Below are positions 1 through 9,007 of a DNA stretch of 45,431 nt, piece by piece; position 1 is the stretch's first letter; each line of letters begins with the position of its first letter. The notes beneath the pieces are model-generated. The model was not told the origin of the DNA, did not search any database, and saw nothing but the letters and a program-made list of their open reading frames with translations. Origin of the DNA: Planctomycetota bacterium (lineage in GTDB: Bacteria; Planctomycetota; UBA8108; UBA1146); the NCBI GenBank assembly GCA_036338595.1, contig JAYZBV010000099.1, positions 1-45,431 on the forward strand, read 5' to 3'. Both the position numbers and the translations under genes were made by a program.

Positions 1-428
1 GTCAGGGCATCGAGGAGACCCTGGGTCGGATGAGCTCGGGTTCCCCCACCGGCATTGATCACTCCCGCATCACAGTGCTCCGCCAGCGATCGGGCTGACT
101 GCTCGTTCCCATCGCGGACCACGATCGCCTCGGCGCCGATCGATTCCAGCGTCGAGGCGGTGTCGAGCAACGTCTCGCCCTTGCTGACACTGGAATTTTC
201 TGCATCCAGTTGCAACGAATAAGCCCCCAGGCGATCGATCGCTGCGACAAAGGAGAGGCTGGTTCGGGTGCTGGGCTCAGAGAAGATGAGACCGACATGA
301 CGCACCGAATCTCGCCACAGCGGCACCGGCTGCGTTCGCATCTGGTCGGCACGATGGAGCAGATTTCTGATCGCCTCCGGGGCGAGGTCGGATAATTCCA
401 CCAGGTCTCTCTCTGCCGACTTCATCAT
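1..428 (-). CDS. pyrB: Aspartate carbamoyltransferase catalytic subunit (5' part; runs off the window start; not in the ORF track)
   Basis: Manual translation from the ATG at 428 (SD GAGAGGGAG upstream): MMKSAERDLVELSDL...LIFSEPSTRTSLSF...SSVSKGETLLDT...VINAGGGTRAHPTQGLLDAL. It has the carbamoyl-phosphate motif STRT and the ATCase-type SSxxKGE and HPTQxLLD motifs. Confidence 0.92.
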   Translation of the reverse strand, partial: MMKSAERDLVELSDLAPEAIRNLLHRADQMRTQPVPLWRDSVRHVGLIFSEPSTRTSLSFVAAIDRLGAYSLQLDAENSSVSKGETLLDTASTLESIGAEAIVVRDGNEQSARSLAEHCDAGVINAGGGTRAHPTQGLLDAL

Positions 429-441
429 CTACTCCCTCTCG

Positions 442-1542
442 TCAACTCTGGGCGATCCCGAATCTCAACTCTTTCGGGGTCTCACCCGCTTCGAGTGCCT
501 CGATGGCATCTTCAAGGATACGCCGCTGGGATGCGAGGAACAGGGTCGGTTCGCGACTCGGAATCCTATCGACCCCATACAACTCCATCAGTACCAGATC
601 CCTCAACTGGTCGATTCCCTCGCCGGTGTGGGCGGAGATCGCTGGACCCTCGATTCTCGTCGCTCGATCCTCGTCGCGACGACTGTAGAAGACAAGCGTT
701 CTGCAACGTGTAGTTTGTCGCACATCCACAGCGGATCCTGCTAGAGAGGGAGGAATCAGCTGAAGCACCAGATCTGCCTGCTGCATCGCCTGATGCATCC
801 TGCGGACTCCCTCCCGTTCCACCGGCTGTTCCACTTCTCGCAGCCCCGCTCCATCGACGAGCAGGATCGGAAATCCTCGAAAAATCGCCGGCGCCTCGAT
901 CAGGTCGCGGGTGGTGCCCGGCTCACTCGATGTGAGGGTTCTCTGGTCACCGACGAGCAGGTTGAAGAGCGTGCTCTTGCCGGCGTTGGGCACCCCTGCG
1001 ATCACCACCCTGGGAGGTTGCAATACGCCGATCCCGATGGCACTGCGGGCGAGCATCGACTCGATCTGATCGCGCGAAGGAAAGTTCTCTGTCGCGCCTT
1101 CGACCCACCCGGCCAGCCCCTGAGGAGATGCCTGCTCCAGCAAGAAGGTAGCCGCCTCGATGCTGGGTGCGCTCGGCAATGCGGCCAGTGCCTGCTGGGC
1201 GATTTCGTTGCCTGATGATAATTTTGCTGCCGGCCACAGTTCGTCGACACTGTCGCGTCGGACCGCTCCGAGTTGCTCGAATCTCTGCACGGTACGTTCA
1301 CTCAGCAGCGGACTGCCGTGCAAGGTGATGAGGTAACGCGATTCGGAGCCGGGCCACCGCATCAGCACCACGTCGTCGATCACATCGCCATTGTGCTCGT
1401 GGATGGTGCCGTGAGGCGAATTCCCTGATCCCCTGAAACACTGCTTCAGCCACGTTGCCGACCGCTCTCCCCCGATCATGATGCCATGCAGTGCTGAGCG
1501 CCCCACGCCCGTCACCTCGGCGACCCAGCCTTCACTCCCCAT
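442..1542 (-). CDS. mnmE: tRNA modification GTPase MnmE/TrmE-like (short form)
   Basis: N-terminal TGVGRSAL...IDDVV...ITLHGSP (TrmE_N-like); G1 GVPNAGKSTLFN, G2 PGTTRD, G3 DGAG, E+EGV+R, G5 ISAHTGEG. The C-terminal FCxGK motif is absent. Confidence 0.8.
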   Translation of the reverse strand: MGSEGWVAEVTGVGRSALHGIMIGGERSATWLKQCFRGSGNSPHGTIHEHNGDVIDDVVLMRWPGSESRYLITLHGSPLLSERTVQRFEQLGAVRRDSVDELWPAAKLSSGNEIAQQALAALPSAPSIEAATFLLEQASPQGLAGWVEGATENFPSRDQIESMLARSAIGIGVLQPPRVVIAGVPNAGKSTLFNLLVGDQRTLTSSEPGTTRDLIEAPAIFRGFPILLVDGAGLREVEQPVEREGVRRMHQAMQQADLVLQLIPPSLAGSAVDVRQTTRCRTLVFYSRRDEDRATRIEGPAISAHTGEGIDQLRDLVLMELYGVDRIPSREPTLFLASQRRILEDAIEALEAGETPKELRFGIAQS

Positions 1543-2290
1543 CGACAGTTCCCCGCAACAACGCTTCGAGTCCGTCGAGAACCAACCCTGGCCTCAGCAG
1601 TGCCGGCTCCAGCGCGCCCAGCAACAGTTCGGAATCGCCTCCGGTCAGCACCGTGGCGGCGCCATCTCCGAGTCCAGATCGAACCCGATCCCTGAGAGTC
1701 TGAACTCCACGGATGAAGAAGCACTCGACGCCGCCGCGGATGGCCAGATTCGTCTCACTGGCCCAGGGGATCTCCCGATGCATCGAGTCCCCGCTATCGG
1801 CTGGAACGTCGGAGGGATCGGGCAGCGATGGGGCCAACTGGCGAAGCCCGAAATCGAGTGCGCCCAGTCCAGGAGCGATCCACCCTCCGAGCAGTTGTCC
1901 CGATGCAGAGACGGCATCGACGGTCACGGCGGTGCCCGCATCGATGACGATGGCGGGACGATCCTCGCCACTGGCGCCCCAGGCCAGTGCGCAGAGTGCT
2001 CTGTCGGCACCGGTTCGGTGCGGTTCATCGGTGCTAACACCGTCAGGGAGATCCGCACCGCTTCTCACCCACAGTGCCGCAGGGCGATCGGTCTCCCGGA
2101 GCCACTTCTCCACTTCCGGTTCATGAGCAGGCACAACCGAGGAGATCGCGATGGAATCGGCAACTGGAAGTTCAGAAAGAACGTCAGCGATCGCTTCATG
2201 CGACGCGGCACCGGACTGGATCTCGTCGGCGCCATCTCGATGGCGCCAGCAGAGCCGAGTGTTGCCAATATCGATGACGAGGGTCTCCAT
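1532..2290 (-). CDS. coaX: Type III pantothenate kinase
   Basis: IDIGNT, GADR, VIDAGTAVTVD, GGWIAPG and TGGD motifs. Start placed at METLVID with SD GGGAGG. Confidence 0.93.
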   Translation of the reverse strand: METLVIDIGNTRLCWRHRDGADEIQSGAASHEAIADVLSELPVADSIAISSVVPAHEPEVEKWLRETDRPAALWVRSGADLPDGVSTDEPHRTGADRALCALAWGASGEDRPAIVIDAGTAVTVDAVSASGQLLGGWIAPGLGALDFGLRQLAPSLPDPSDVPADSGDSMHREIPWASETNLAIRGGVECFFIRGVQTLRDRVRSGLGDGAATVLTGGDSELLLGALEPALLRPGLVLDGLEALLRGTVDGE

Positions 2291-2350
2291 CGATCCTCCC
2301 ATTCATCAGGAAGGATACCGTGAAGAGAGGTCGATCCACAGTCGATCGGC

Positions 2351-3448
2351 CTAGTATTCGAAGTCGAAATCCCCCATCGCTGAGCCCTTGACCACGCCAC
2401 GCAACTCCAGCTGGAGCTCGTCGGGGAAGTCCGAATAGGAGAGCGCTTCATCGAGGCTGATCCGGTCTGCCTGGTAGAGACTCCGGAGGGACTGATTGAA
2501 GGTGCAGGATCCGTAGTGCTCGCCCTCGCGAAGTGCGTTGGCGAGTTCATGGGTGCGGCCTTCTCTCAGCAATTCCCGAACCGTTGGGCTGTTGATCATC
2601 AGTTCGAGTGCAGGAACCCTGCCCGCTTCATCCTTGAAGGGCACAAGCCGCTGACACACCACTCCTGAGAGAACCAGCGACAGTTGCAATCGGATCAGTT
2701 CGTGCTGATGGGGAGGAAAGAAGTGGATGATTCGTTCGACGGTCTGTGTTGCGTTGACGGTGTGCAGCGTGGATAGCACCAGGTGACCCGTCTCTGCCGC
2801 AGCGATGGCGGCTTCCATCGTCTCGCGATCACGCATCTCACCGATCAGTATCACATCCGGACTCTGTCGCAGGGAGTGGCGTAGAGCTACCGGGAAAGAC
2901 TCGGTGTCGATGCCTACCTCTCTCTGATCGATGATGGACTTTCTATCTCGAAAAGTGAACTCGATGGGATCCTCGACCGTGACGATGTGACGATTGGCGG
3001 TCTCATTGATGTGGTGAACCATCGCTGCCAGCGTCGTTGACTTTCCCGAACCGGTATTTCCGGTCACCAGCACCAGTCCACGTTTCTGCTCTGCCAGTTT
3101 CACGAGGGTCTCACGAGGAAGACTCAGATCCTCGAAACTGGGTACCGTTTGGGTGACATGGCGAAACACGAAGCCCAACTGTCCACGCTGATGCAAGATG
3201 TTGACGCGGAATCTGCCAATACCTGGCAGATCGTAGGATGTATCTACATCCAGTTTCTGTGGCAGCGCATCGGGTCGCGAGTCCTGGATGATCTCGAGGA
3301 TCTCCTGGGCATCCTGAGGTGAGACCTCTTCGCAGTCGAGGAACTGAACCATTCCGTCGACTCTCAGCGACGGCGGACACCCCACCTTGACGAACAGGTC
3401 AGAAGCTTTTTCGAGCACCATCCGGCGCAGCATCTCGTGAAATTCCAT
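2351..3448 (-). CDS. pilT: PilT/PilU-family type IV pilus retraction ATPase
   Basis: ASDLF..GCPPSLRVDG, RFRVN, Walker A GNTGSGKSTT, TVEDPIEF, QREVGIDT, LRQSPDVILIGEMRD, AETGHLVLSTLHT. It has TVRELLRE in place of the canonical PilT AIRNLIRE, so it may be PilU-like. Confidence 0.93.
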   Translation of the reverse strand: MEFHEMLRRMVLEKASDLFVKVGCPPSLRVDGMVQFLDCEEVSPQDAQEILEIIQDSRPDALPQKLDVDTSYDLPGIGRFRVNILHQRGQLGFVFRHVTQTVPSFEDLSLPRETLVKLAEQKRGLVLVTGNTGSGKSTTLAAMVHHINETANRHIVTVEDPIEFTFRDRKSIIDQREVGIDTESFPVALRHSLRQSPDVILIGEMRDRETMEAAIAAAETGHLVLSTLHTVNATQTVERIIHFFPPHQHELIRLQLSLVLSGVVCQRLVPFKDEAGRVPALELMINSPTVRELLREGRTHELANALREGEHYGSCTFNQSLRSLYQADRISLDEALSYSDFPDELQLELRGVVKGSAMGDFDFEY

Positions 3449-3505
3449 GATGTCTCCCGGGAAATCCGTGGGTTGCTGGCCCGCAAGGGCACACGAATCT
3501 TCCCA

Positions 3506-3520
3506 AGAAGAATACGATGC
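3506..3520 (-). promoter_or_regulatory. Shared motif GCATCGTATTCTTCT upstream of pilT (candidate promoter -10 region or operator)
   Basis: Near-identical to motifs at 12864-12876 (-) and 41996-42011 (+); all three are intergenic and point into the downstream gene. Confidence 0.55.
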
Positions 3521-3557
3521 GAATCAGATCGGTGCCGATGACTCCGGAGCAGTCGGT

Positions 3558-4577
3558 TCAGCAGGGTTCGCTCTGCTGCTGCAGGGCACTCCAGATCTGC
3601 TCCATGAGCCGATCCAGCCCCTTCCCGCTCACCCCAGAAATCAGGGCCACAGGCTCTCCGAGACGTTGCTGGAGACTCTCACGGAGGCTCTCTGCCTCCT
3701 CCGGCACCATCAGGTCGGACTTGTTGAGGACCGTCATGCAATGCCTGCTGGCGAGCACGGAAGAGTGCGCCTCGACCTCGTGGCGGATGATCCGGTGATC
3801 CTCGACGATCCCATCCAGATCGCGCAGATGCGGATCGAGCAGGTGGACCAGCACCCTCGTCCTCTGCAGGTGCTTGAGAAAGGACACACCCAGCCCGACA
3901 CCTTTCGAGGCGCCCTCGATCAGACCGGGAATGTCCGCCACCACGATGCGCCGAGACGGGTCCAGTTCCGCGATCCCGAGCTGGGGCTTGAGGGTCGTGA
4001 AGGGGTAATCCGCAATCTTCGGGTGTGCGCGAGAAACCCTGGAGAGAAAGGTGCTCTTGCCGGCGTTGGGGAGGCCGAGCAATCCGACATCGGCGATCAG
4101 TTTCAGTTCGAGCCGGAAGTATCTCTCTATCCCGGGCTCGCCCGGGGTGAACTCGCGAGGAGCCTGATGTGTGGATGTGACATAGGAGAGGTTGCCCCGA
4201 CCACCACTGCCGCCGCGGGCCACGATCACGGTCTGCTCCGCCTCGGTCAGATCGACCACCATCGAGCCGTCGGTAGCATCGAGGACAGCAGTGCCGACGG
4301 GGAGTTTCAGGGTCAGATCCGAGCCGTCGCCGCCGGTGCAGTTCTTACCCGATCCGGCAGCACCCTTCTGAGCCTTGAAGATGGGGCGGCCGAGGAAATC
4401 GAGCAGCGTCTGAACATTGGGGTCGGCCCGAAGCACTATATGACCGCCGCGACCTCCGTCACCGCCGTCGGGGCCGCCTCGAGGGATGTATTTCTCGCGC
4501 CGAAAGGAAACACAACCATTGCCACCTGGCCCGCTGACCACACGGAGTTCGCCTTCGTCGATAAATCGGACTGCCAT
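3558..4577 (-). CDS. obgE: GTPase ObgE/CgtA
   Basis: FIDE..GGNGCVSFRREKYIPRGGPDGGDGGRGG Obg domain; GLPNAGKST, ADYPFTTL, DIPGLIEGA, NKSD; syntenic with rplU-rpmA. Confidence 0.98.
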   Translation of the reverse strand: MAVRFIDEGELRVVSGPGGNGCVSFRREKYIPRGGPDGGDGGRGGHIVLRADPNVQTLLDFLGRPIFKAQKGAAGSGKNCTGGDGSDLTLKLPVGTAVLDATDGSMVVDLTEAEQTVIVARGGSGGRGNLSYVTSTHQAPREFTPGEPGIERYFRLELKLIADVGLLGLPNAGKSTFLSRVSRAHPKIADYPFTTLKPQLGIAELDPSRRIVVADIPGLIEGASKGVGLGVSFLKHLQRTRVLVHLLDPHLRDLDGIVEDHRIIRHEVEAHSSVLASRHCMTVLNKSDLMVPEEAESLRESLQQRLGEPVALISGVSGKGLDRLMEQIWSALQQQSEPC

Positions 4578-4603
4578 CGGTCTATCCGCAATTCAGGATC
4601 GAA

Positions 4604-4852
4604 TTACGCCGACGCCTGGTCGACATGAACCCTGCTCCTGGTGCCAAATCGAACCACACCGTCGGTGAGAGCGAACAGGGTGTAGTCCTTACCCATGCCG
4701 ACATTGAGGCCGGGATGGAACTTGGTACCGCACTGGCGGATGATGATATTCCCGGCGATGACGCTTTCACCACCGTACTTCTTCACGCCACGGTTCTGCG
4801 CGTTGGAGTCGCGGCCGTTGCGCGAAGCACCCTGGCCTTTTTTATGCGCCAT
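4604..4852 (-). CDS. rpmA: 50S ribosomal protein L27
   Basis: [16 protein letters not shown]...[30 protein letters not shown]. Confidence 0.99.
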   Translation of the reverse strand: MAHKKGQGASRNGRDSNAQNRGVKKYGGESVIAGNIIIRQCGTKFHPGLNVGMGKDYTLFALTDGVVRFGTRSRVHVDQASA

Positions 4853-4895
4853 TTCAGTTCACTCCTGTCGATGGCTCCTGGGCGGAGCCGTGGGC

Positions 4896-5210
4896 TTATC
4901 CTGCGATCTTTCCGATCCGGACCTTTGTGTAACGTTGACGATTCCCCTTGCGGCGGTGGGAATTCTTGCGGCGGCGGAAGCGGTGAAAGATCACCTTCGG
5001 TCCCTTGACCTCTCCAATCACTTCGGCTTCCACATGGGCGCCATCGACCAGTGGAGTTCCACAGACGAACTCACCCGGACCCGGCTCGATGGCCAGAACC
5101 TCGGGAAACTGGATGGTGCTGCCCGGCTCTGCGGTGCGGAGATCCACGAAAAGGATCTCGCCCTCCTGAACCCGGTACTGTCGGCCACCATCACGAATGA
5201 TCGCGTGCAT
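4896..5210 (-). CDS. rplU: 50S ribosomal protein L21
   Basis: MHAIIRDGGRQYRVQEG...KGPKV...RRRKNSHRRKGNRQRYT; adjacent to rpmA. Confidence 0.97.
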   Translation of the reverse strand: MHAIIRDGGRQYRVQEGEILFVDLRTAEPGSTIQFPEVLAIEPGPGEFVCGTPLVDGAHVEAEVIGEVKGPKVIFHRFRRRKNSHRRKGNRQRYTKVRIGKIAG

Positions 5211-5237
5211 CCTGCCTCTTTCACAACGCTGACCCGG

Positions 5238-6746
5238 TCAGCGGTACTGGATCGTCCAGCGCTCAGGGGACCAGTCCTGGCCACCGAGTACCACGATCCG
5301 TTTTCCAAACTCCAGTTCCAGTGCGTCGAGATCTTCTCTGCGCGCTCCCAGCAGTAGATCCCTCACCGGTTGTCCCACGGTGACCAGGGCCTCGTCGGAT
5401 GCGGACTTCGCAATTCCCTGACGCAGTTCCCGGATCACTCCGATGGCAACGCTACTGGCACTTCGCACCGTGCCTCGACCGAGACAGGCTGGACAGGGCT
5501 CCCGTCCAGCTCGATCCTTGGAAGGTCCGAGCCGCTGCCTCGTCAACTCGAGCAACCCAAACCTGGAGATCTTCGCAAACCAGATCTTTGCCCGGTCGTC
5601 GCGAACCAGTTCACGAAACGCATCTTCGACGGTTCGACGATTCTCGATCTCCGTCATGTCGATGAAATCGCAGACCACCACGCCGCCGATATCTCGGAGG
5701 CGCAGGTTTCTTGCGATCTCTTTTGCTGCCTCCAGATTGGTCCGCAGGGCAGTGCTCTCCAGATCACTCTCTGACGTGCTGCTCCCCGAGTTGACATCGA
5801 TGGCGACCAGTGCTTCGGTCTCATCGATGACGAGGGAGCCACCGCTCGACAGGGCAACCTTGCGATCGTAGATGGAATTGATCTGCTGTTCAACACATTG
5901 CGAAGCCCCGAACTCCATGAATAGCGGTGATTTGCTACGATGCAGCCGAACGGGAGCGACCTCACCTGGGTTCCACAGGCTCCGATATTCGAGAAAAGTC
6001 TCTGCCGCCCAGGGGTCATCAAAAACCACTTCCTGGACCTGCTCGGAGACCAGGTCTCTGGCGGTCCGCAGCAGCAGGTCCGCCTCACGGTGAAGGAGCA
6101 CCGGACCGCCACCCGCCTGGGCACTGTCACAGATCCGCTTCCAGTTCTCGGCCAGCGCCTCGACCTCTGCTGTCAGTTGGTCGAGGGCAAGAACCCTGGC
6201 TGCCGTTCGGATGATGATCCCTGCGTTCGGGATCCCAGGTAGTTGATCCGCCAGCACCCTCAGGCGATCTCGCTCCTGCTCATCGACAATCTTCTTGGAA
6301 ATCCCCGGCCGATCCAATCCGGTCATCAACACCACCGACCGACCTGGAAGACCGACAAAGGTGGTCACCGTGGGCCCCTTTTGTCCGATCGATTCCTTGC
6401 TGACCTGAACCAGCACCTCCTGACCTCGTCGCAAGATATCCTGGATCCGATCATCGCCTCGCTCTCGATGAGGGCGCTCACCGAGGTGGTCGACCGGAAC
6501 GCTGGTCGAGCCCTCGTAGGCCGGATGGAGGTCGGAGATGTGGAGGAAGGCAGTGCGGCGCTCACCGATGTCTATGAAGGCAGATTGGATCGCCGCCTCG
6601 ACATTGACCACTCTTCCAAGATAGACATTGCCGAGTGTCCGGGTGGTGTCGCTGTCCTCCTCGTGATACTCCCAGAGCAGTCCCTCAGCATCGATGAGAG
6701 CGACCGCCAGGGCATCCCGGTCTTGTGAGTGGACAAGCCATCGCAT
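5238..6746 (-). CDS. rng: Ribonuclease E/G family (RNase G-like)
   Basis: S1 domain GNVYLGRV...AFIDIG...FLHISD; VLVQVSKE..GQKGP; IIRTAA; GGSLVIDETEALVAIDVNSG; RLRDIGGVVVCDFIDM; Zn-link CPACLGRG. Start likely at MRWLV. Confidence 0.93.
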   Translation of the reverse strand: MRWLVHSQDRDALAVALIDAEGLLWEYHEEDSDTTRTLGNVYLGRVVNVEAAIQSAFIDIGERRTAFLHISDLHPAYEGSTSVPVDHLGERPHRERGDDRIQDILRRGQEVLVQVSKESIGQKGPTVTTFVGLPGRSVVLMTGLDRPGISKKIVDEQERDRLRVLADQLPGIPNAGIIIRTAARVLALDQLTAEVEALAENWKRICDSAQAGGGPVLLHREADLLLRTARDLVSEQVQEVVFDDPWAAETFLEYRSLWNPGEVAPVRLHRSKSPLFMEFGASQCVEQQINSIYDRKVALSSGGSLVIDETEALVAIDVNSGSSTSESDLESTALRTNLEAAKEIARNLRLRDIGGVVVCDFIDMTEIENRRTVEDAFRELVRDDRAKIWFAKISRFGLLELTRQRLGPSKDRAGREPCPACLGRGTVRSASSVAIGVIRELRQGIAKSASDEALVTVGQPVRDLLLGARREDLDALELEFGKRIVVLGGQDWSPERWTIQYR

Positions 6747-6916
6747 AGGGCACCTCGAACTCCAGCATGACACCGCAGTTGCGGTACGATAAGGGCGGCT
6801 CGAGAACCATCAAGGAAGATGCCGGGCCACCCAGGACTCTCACCAGCGTAGCGTGCCCGGTCGAATCGTCCAGCAGACCCGCTCCACTGGCCACAGGAAA
6901 TCGAGCCTCCACCATC

Positions 6917-6954
6917 AAAAAGGGCCCGTCCGGCATGCTGCCGGACGGGCCCTT
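6917..6954 (-). terminator. Rho-independent terminator of the pilMNOPQ operon
   Basis: Perfect 16-bp stem AAGGGCCCGTCCGGCA / TGCCGGACGGGCCCTT with a 3-nt loop, ending in a T run on the minus strand, 20 nt after the pilQ stop. Confidence 0.85.
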
Positions 6955-6974
6955 GTATCAAGACTGACGTGGAT

Positions 6975-8855
6975 CTAGCCCTGGCCAGCGGCTCCTGCGT
7001 CCGTGGCGGCTCCGACAGCGTCGTCACTGTCACCGGAGTCTTCCGATTCGTCTCCGTACTTCTCCTTGAAGTAGTCATAGCGCTCTGCCTCGCGCAGTGC
7101 CCTCTGGTAGACCTCTTCGGTGTCATCTGAGTTCTTGAGAATCCTCGGGGTCACCAGGATCAGCAGATGGTCAACATCCGCCTGACGCCTTCTCCACTTG
7201 AACAGTTCTCCCAGATAAGGAATCGAAGAGAGAAGCGGCAAGCCCGATTCGATCTCGATGCGCCGTTCAGTGTGAAGTCCACCGATCACTGCAGTCTGTC
7301 CGTCACGCACCCTGAGGTAGGTGACCACCGTCTGACTGCTCTCGTGTGGAATATCGATGTAGGCGCTATTGCCACTGCCAGGATCGCTGAAGCGGAATCG
7401 ATCGAAACCAGGGATATCCGAGGTATTACCCACGAGCGTGGAAACCTTGGGAATCACACACATATCGATCATGTCAGTATCGGGAATCACATGAGGAGAA
7501 ACATAAAGCGTGAAGCCGACATTGACCGGCGACCGCGGATTCTCGTCGATGGAGACCGTGACATTTCCATTCTGATCCTGCTGCACGTTCTGGACCGCAA
7601 ACGGAACTTCTTCCCCGACGAAGATGGTTGACGGATGGTTGTCGAGAGTTGTCAGGAATGGCTGCTGGATGATCTTCGAGTTCTCATCATCCTTGACCAT
7701 CGACAACAGCAGTTGGGTCTGCGTGAAGTCGAGCACGCCGAGAGCCTGGTAAGGAACACCAATCGATTGCATGTTTCCGATGTCAAAGGGCCAGGTACCA
7801 CCGTTATGTGCGACCGAACCCGGGAACACCGGGCCCAGTGCTGGATCCACGATGGCTCCGGTTCCCGACAGATCTGGAATCCCTGACAGCGGTGAAGAAC
7901 CGTATGCGTTGAGACGGAATCCGTCTCTGCCCGGAGTGTTCGGGTTATCGAACTTCAGCCCAGCTTCCAGGATGTCATCGCTGGTGGTCGAGATGAACTT
8001 GACCTCGACCTGCACCAGTGCTGGCTCAACATCGATCTCCTTGATGATCTCCTCGATCTCATCGAGTCGAGGAGCGATGTCCTTGACGATGATGGAGTTG
8101 GTCGTTTTATCAAAATCCATCTCACCGCCGGGAGAGAGCGAACTTCTGAGCGCTTTCAGTAGCGTGAACTCCCCCCCCACCTCGGTCGACAGGTCGCGGG
8201 CAACATTTCCCGCCTGCTTGTCGATGTCGGAGATGATGGCGATGTACTGCTCGGGAGGACGGACATAACGCAACCGGTAGATCCGTGTCTCCTGCTGCTG
8301 GATCAACTTGTCGGGTGAAACAATCCTGAGAATCTCGCTGATTCCACTGCGCTCGCTGACCACGACATAGCCGGCAGTCTTCACGATCGTTTCGAGTGCT
8401 TCACGCCAGGGAACATCCCTGAGGGTCAGGCTAACCTTGCCTTGCACCTCTTCTGCGATGACGATGTTGGCTCCCGATTGCTTTGCGAGCAGATCCAGGA
8501 CCACTGCAAGCTCAGCATCCTGGAACTCGATGTTCAAAGATGGTGGTTGCGTGAAGCGAATCAGACGATCGCTTTGCTCGATGATCACACAGTTCGTCTG
8601 ACGAGCAATGATCTCAATCGCATCATGCCACCCGATGGCATCGAGTGAGAGTGTCACTGTTTCAGATACCTGGGGATCGACGACGATGTTGACATTAACC
8701 TGCTCGCCGATCTGTGAAAGGACCTCAGCGAGATCCTTGTCCCTCACATCGATGGTGACCAGATCCACCCTCCCGCCTGTCGCCTGGATGGCTTCGAGGG
8801 GGCTGGTACCGAGTAGTGCGACGATCAGGGTCGCAAGGATCGAAAACTTTTTCAT
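6975..8855 (-). CDS. pilQ: Type IV pilus secretin PilQ-like
   Basis: Signal peptide; two tandem N0/STN-like domains; secretin N domain (DKTTNSIIVKD..RLDEIEEIIKEID); secretin C-terminus (QVEVKFI, P.LTTLDN, VRDGQTAVIGGL, LPLLSSIPYLGELFK, LLILVTPRI). Last gene of the pilMNO operon. Confidence 0.92.
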   Translation of the reverse strand: MKKFSILATLIVALLGTSPLEAIQATGGRVDLVTIDVRDKDLAEVLSQIGEQVNVNIVVDPQVSETVTLSLDAIGWHDAIEIIARQTNCVIIEQSDRLIRFTQPPSLNIEFQDAELAVVLDLLAKQSGANIVIAEEVQGKVSLTLRDVPWREALETIVKTAGYVVVSERSGISEILRIVSPDKLIQQQETRIYRLRYVRPPEQYIAIISDIDKQAGNVARDLSTEVGGEFTLLKALRSSLSPGGEMDFDKTTNSIIVKDIAPRLDEIEEIIKEIDVEPALVQVEVKFISTTSDDILEAGLKFDNPNTPGRDGFRLNAYGSSPLSGIPDLSGTGAIVDPALGPVFPGSVAHNGGTWPFDIGNMQSIGVPYQALGVLDFTQTQLLLSMVKDDENSKIIQQPFLTTLDNHPSTIFVGEEVPFAVQNVQQDQNGNVTVSIDENPRSPVNVGFTLYVSPHVIPDTDMIDMCVIPKVSTLVGNTSDIPGFDRFRFSDPGSGNSAYIDIPHESSQTVVTYLRVRDGQTAVIGGLHTERRIEIESGLPLLSSIPYLGELFKWRRRQADVDHLLILVTPRILKNSDDTEEVYQRALREAERYDYFKEKYGDESEDSGDSDDAVGAATDAGAAGQG

Positions 8856-9007
8856 CTGCTTGTGTTCCTCCCGTATGGGACAGGATTTCTGATTCCGAGT
8901 GCCCGAAATGGCGACTCTTCATTATGAAGTATCGGCACTCTGCGATTGTTCCTTGAGTACCGATGGGAAAAGGCGCCAGGGCTCCCCTGACGCCCACTAT
9001 TTGCTCT

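Noticed and set aside
59..395. Short track ORFs 59-352 and 210-395
   Set aside because: The region is occupied by pyrB in another frame running off the window.
3520..3545. Sigma54 promoter upstream of pilT (CGGCAC...)
   Set aside because: The -12 GC is not at the required distance from the -24 GG.
3447..4628. 393-aa plus-strand ORF
   Set aside because: Antisense shadow of obgE in GC-rich DNA; no motifs.
4853..4895. rplU-rpmA spacer hairpin / missing prp gene
   Set aside because: L27 starts directly with MAHKK, so no Prp protease is expected; the small hairpin is unremarkable.
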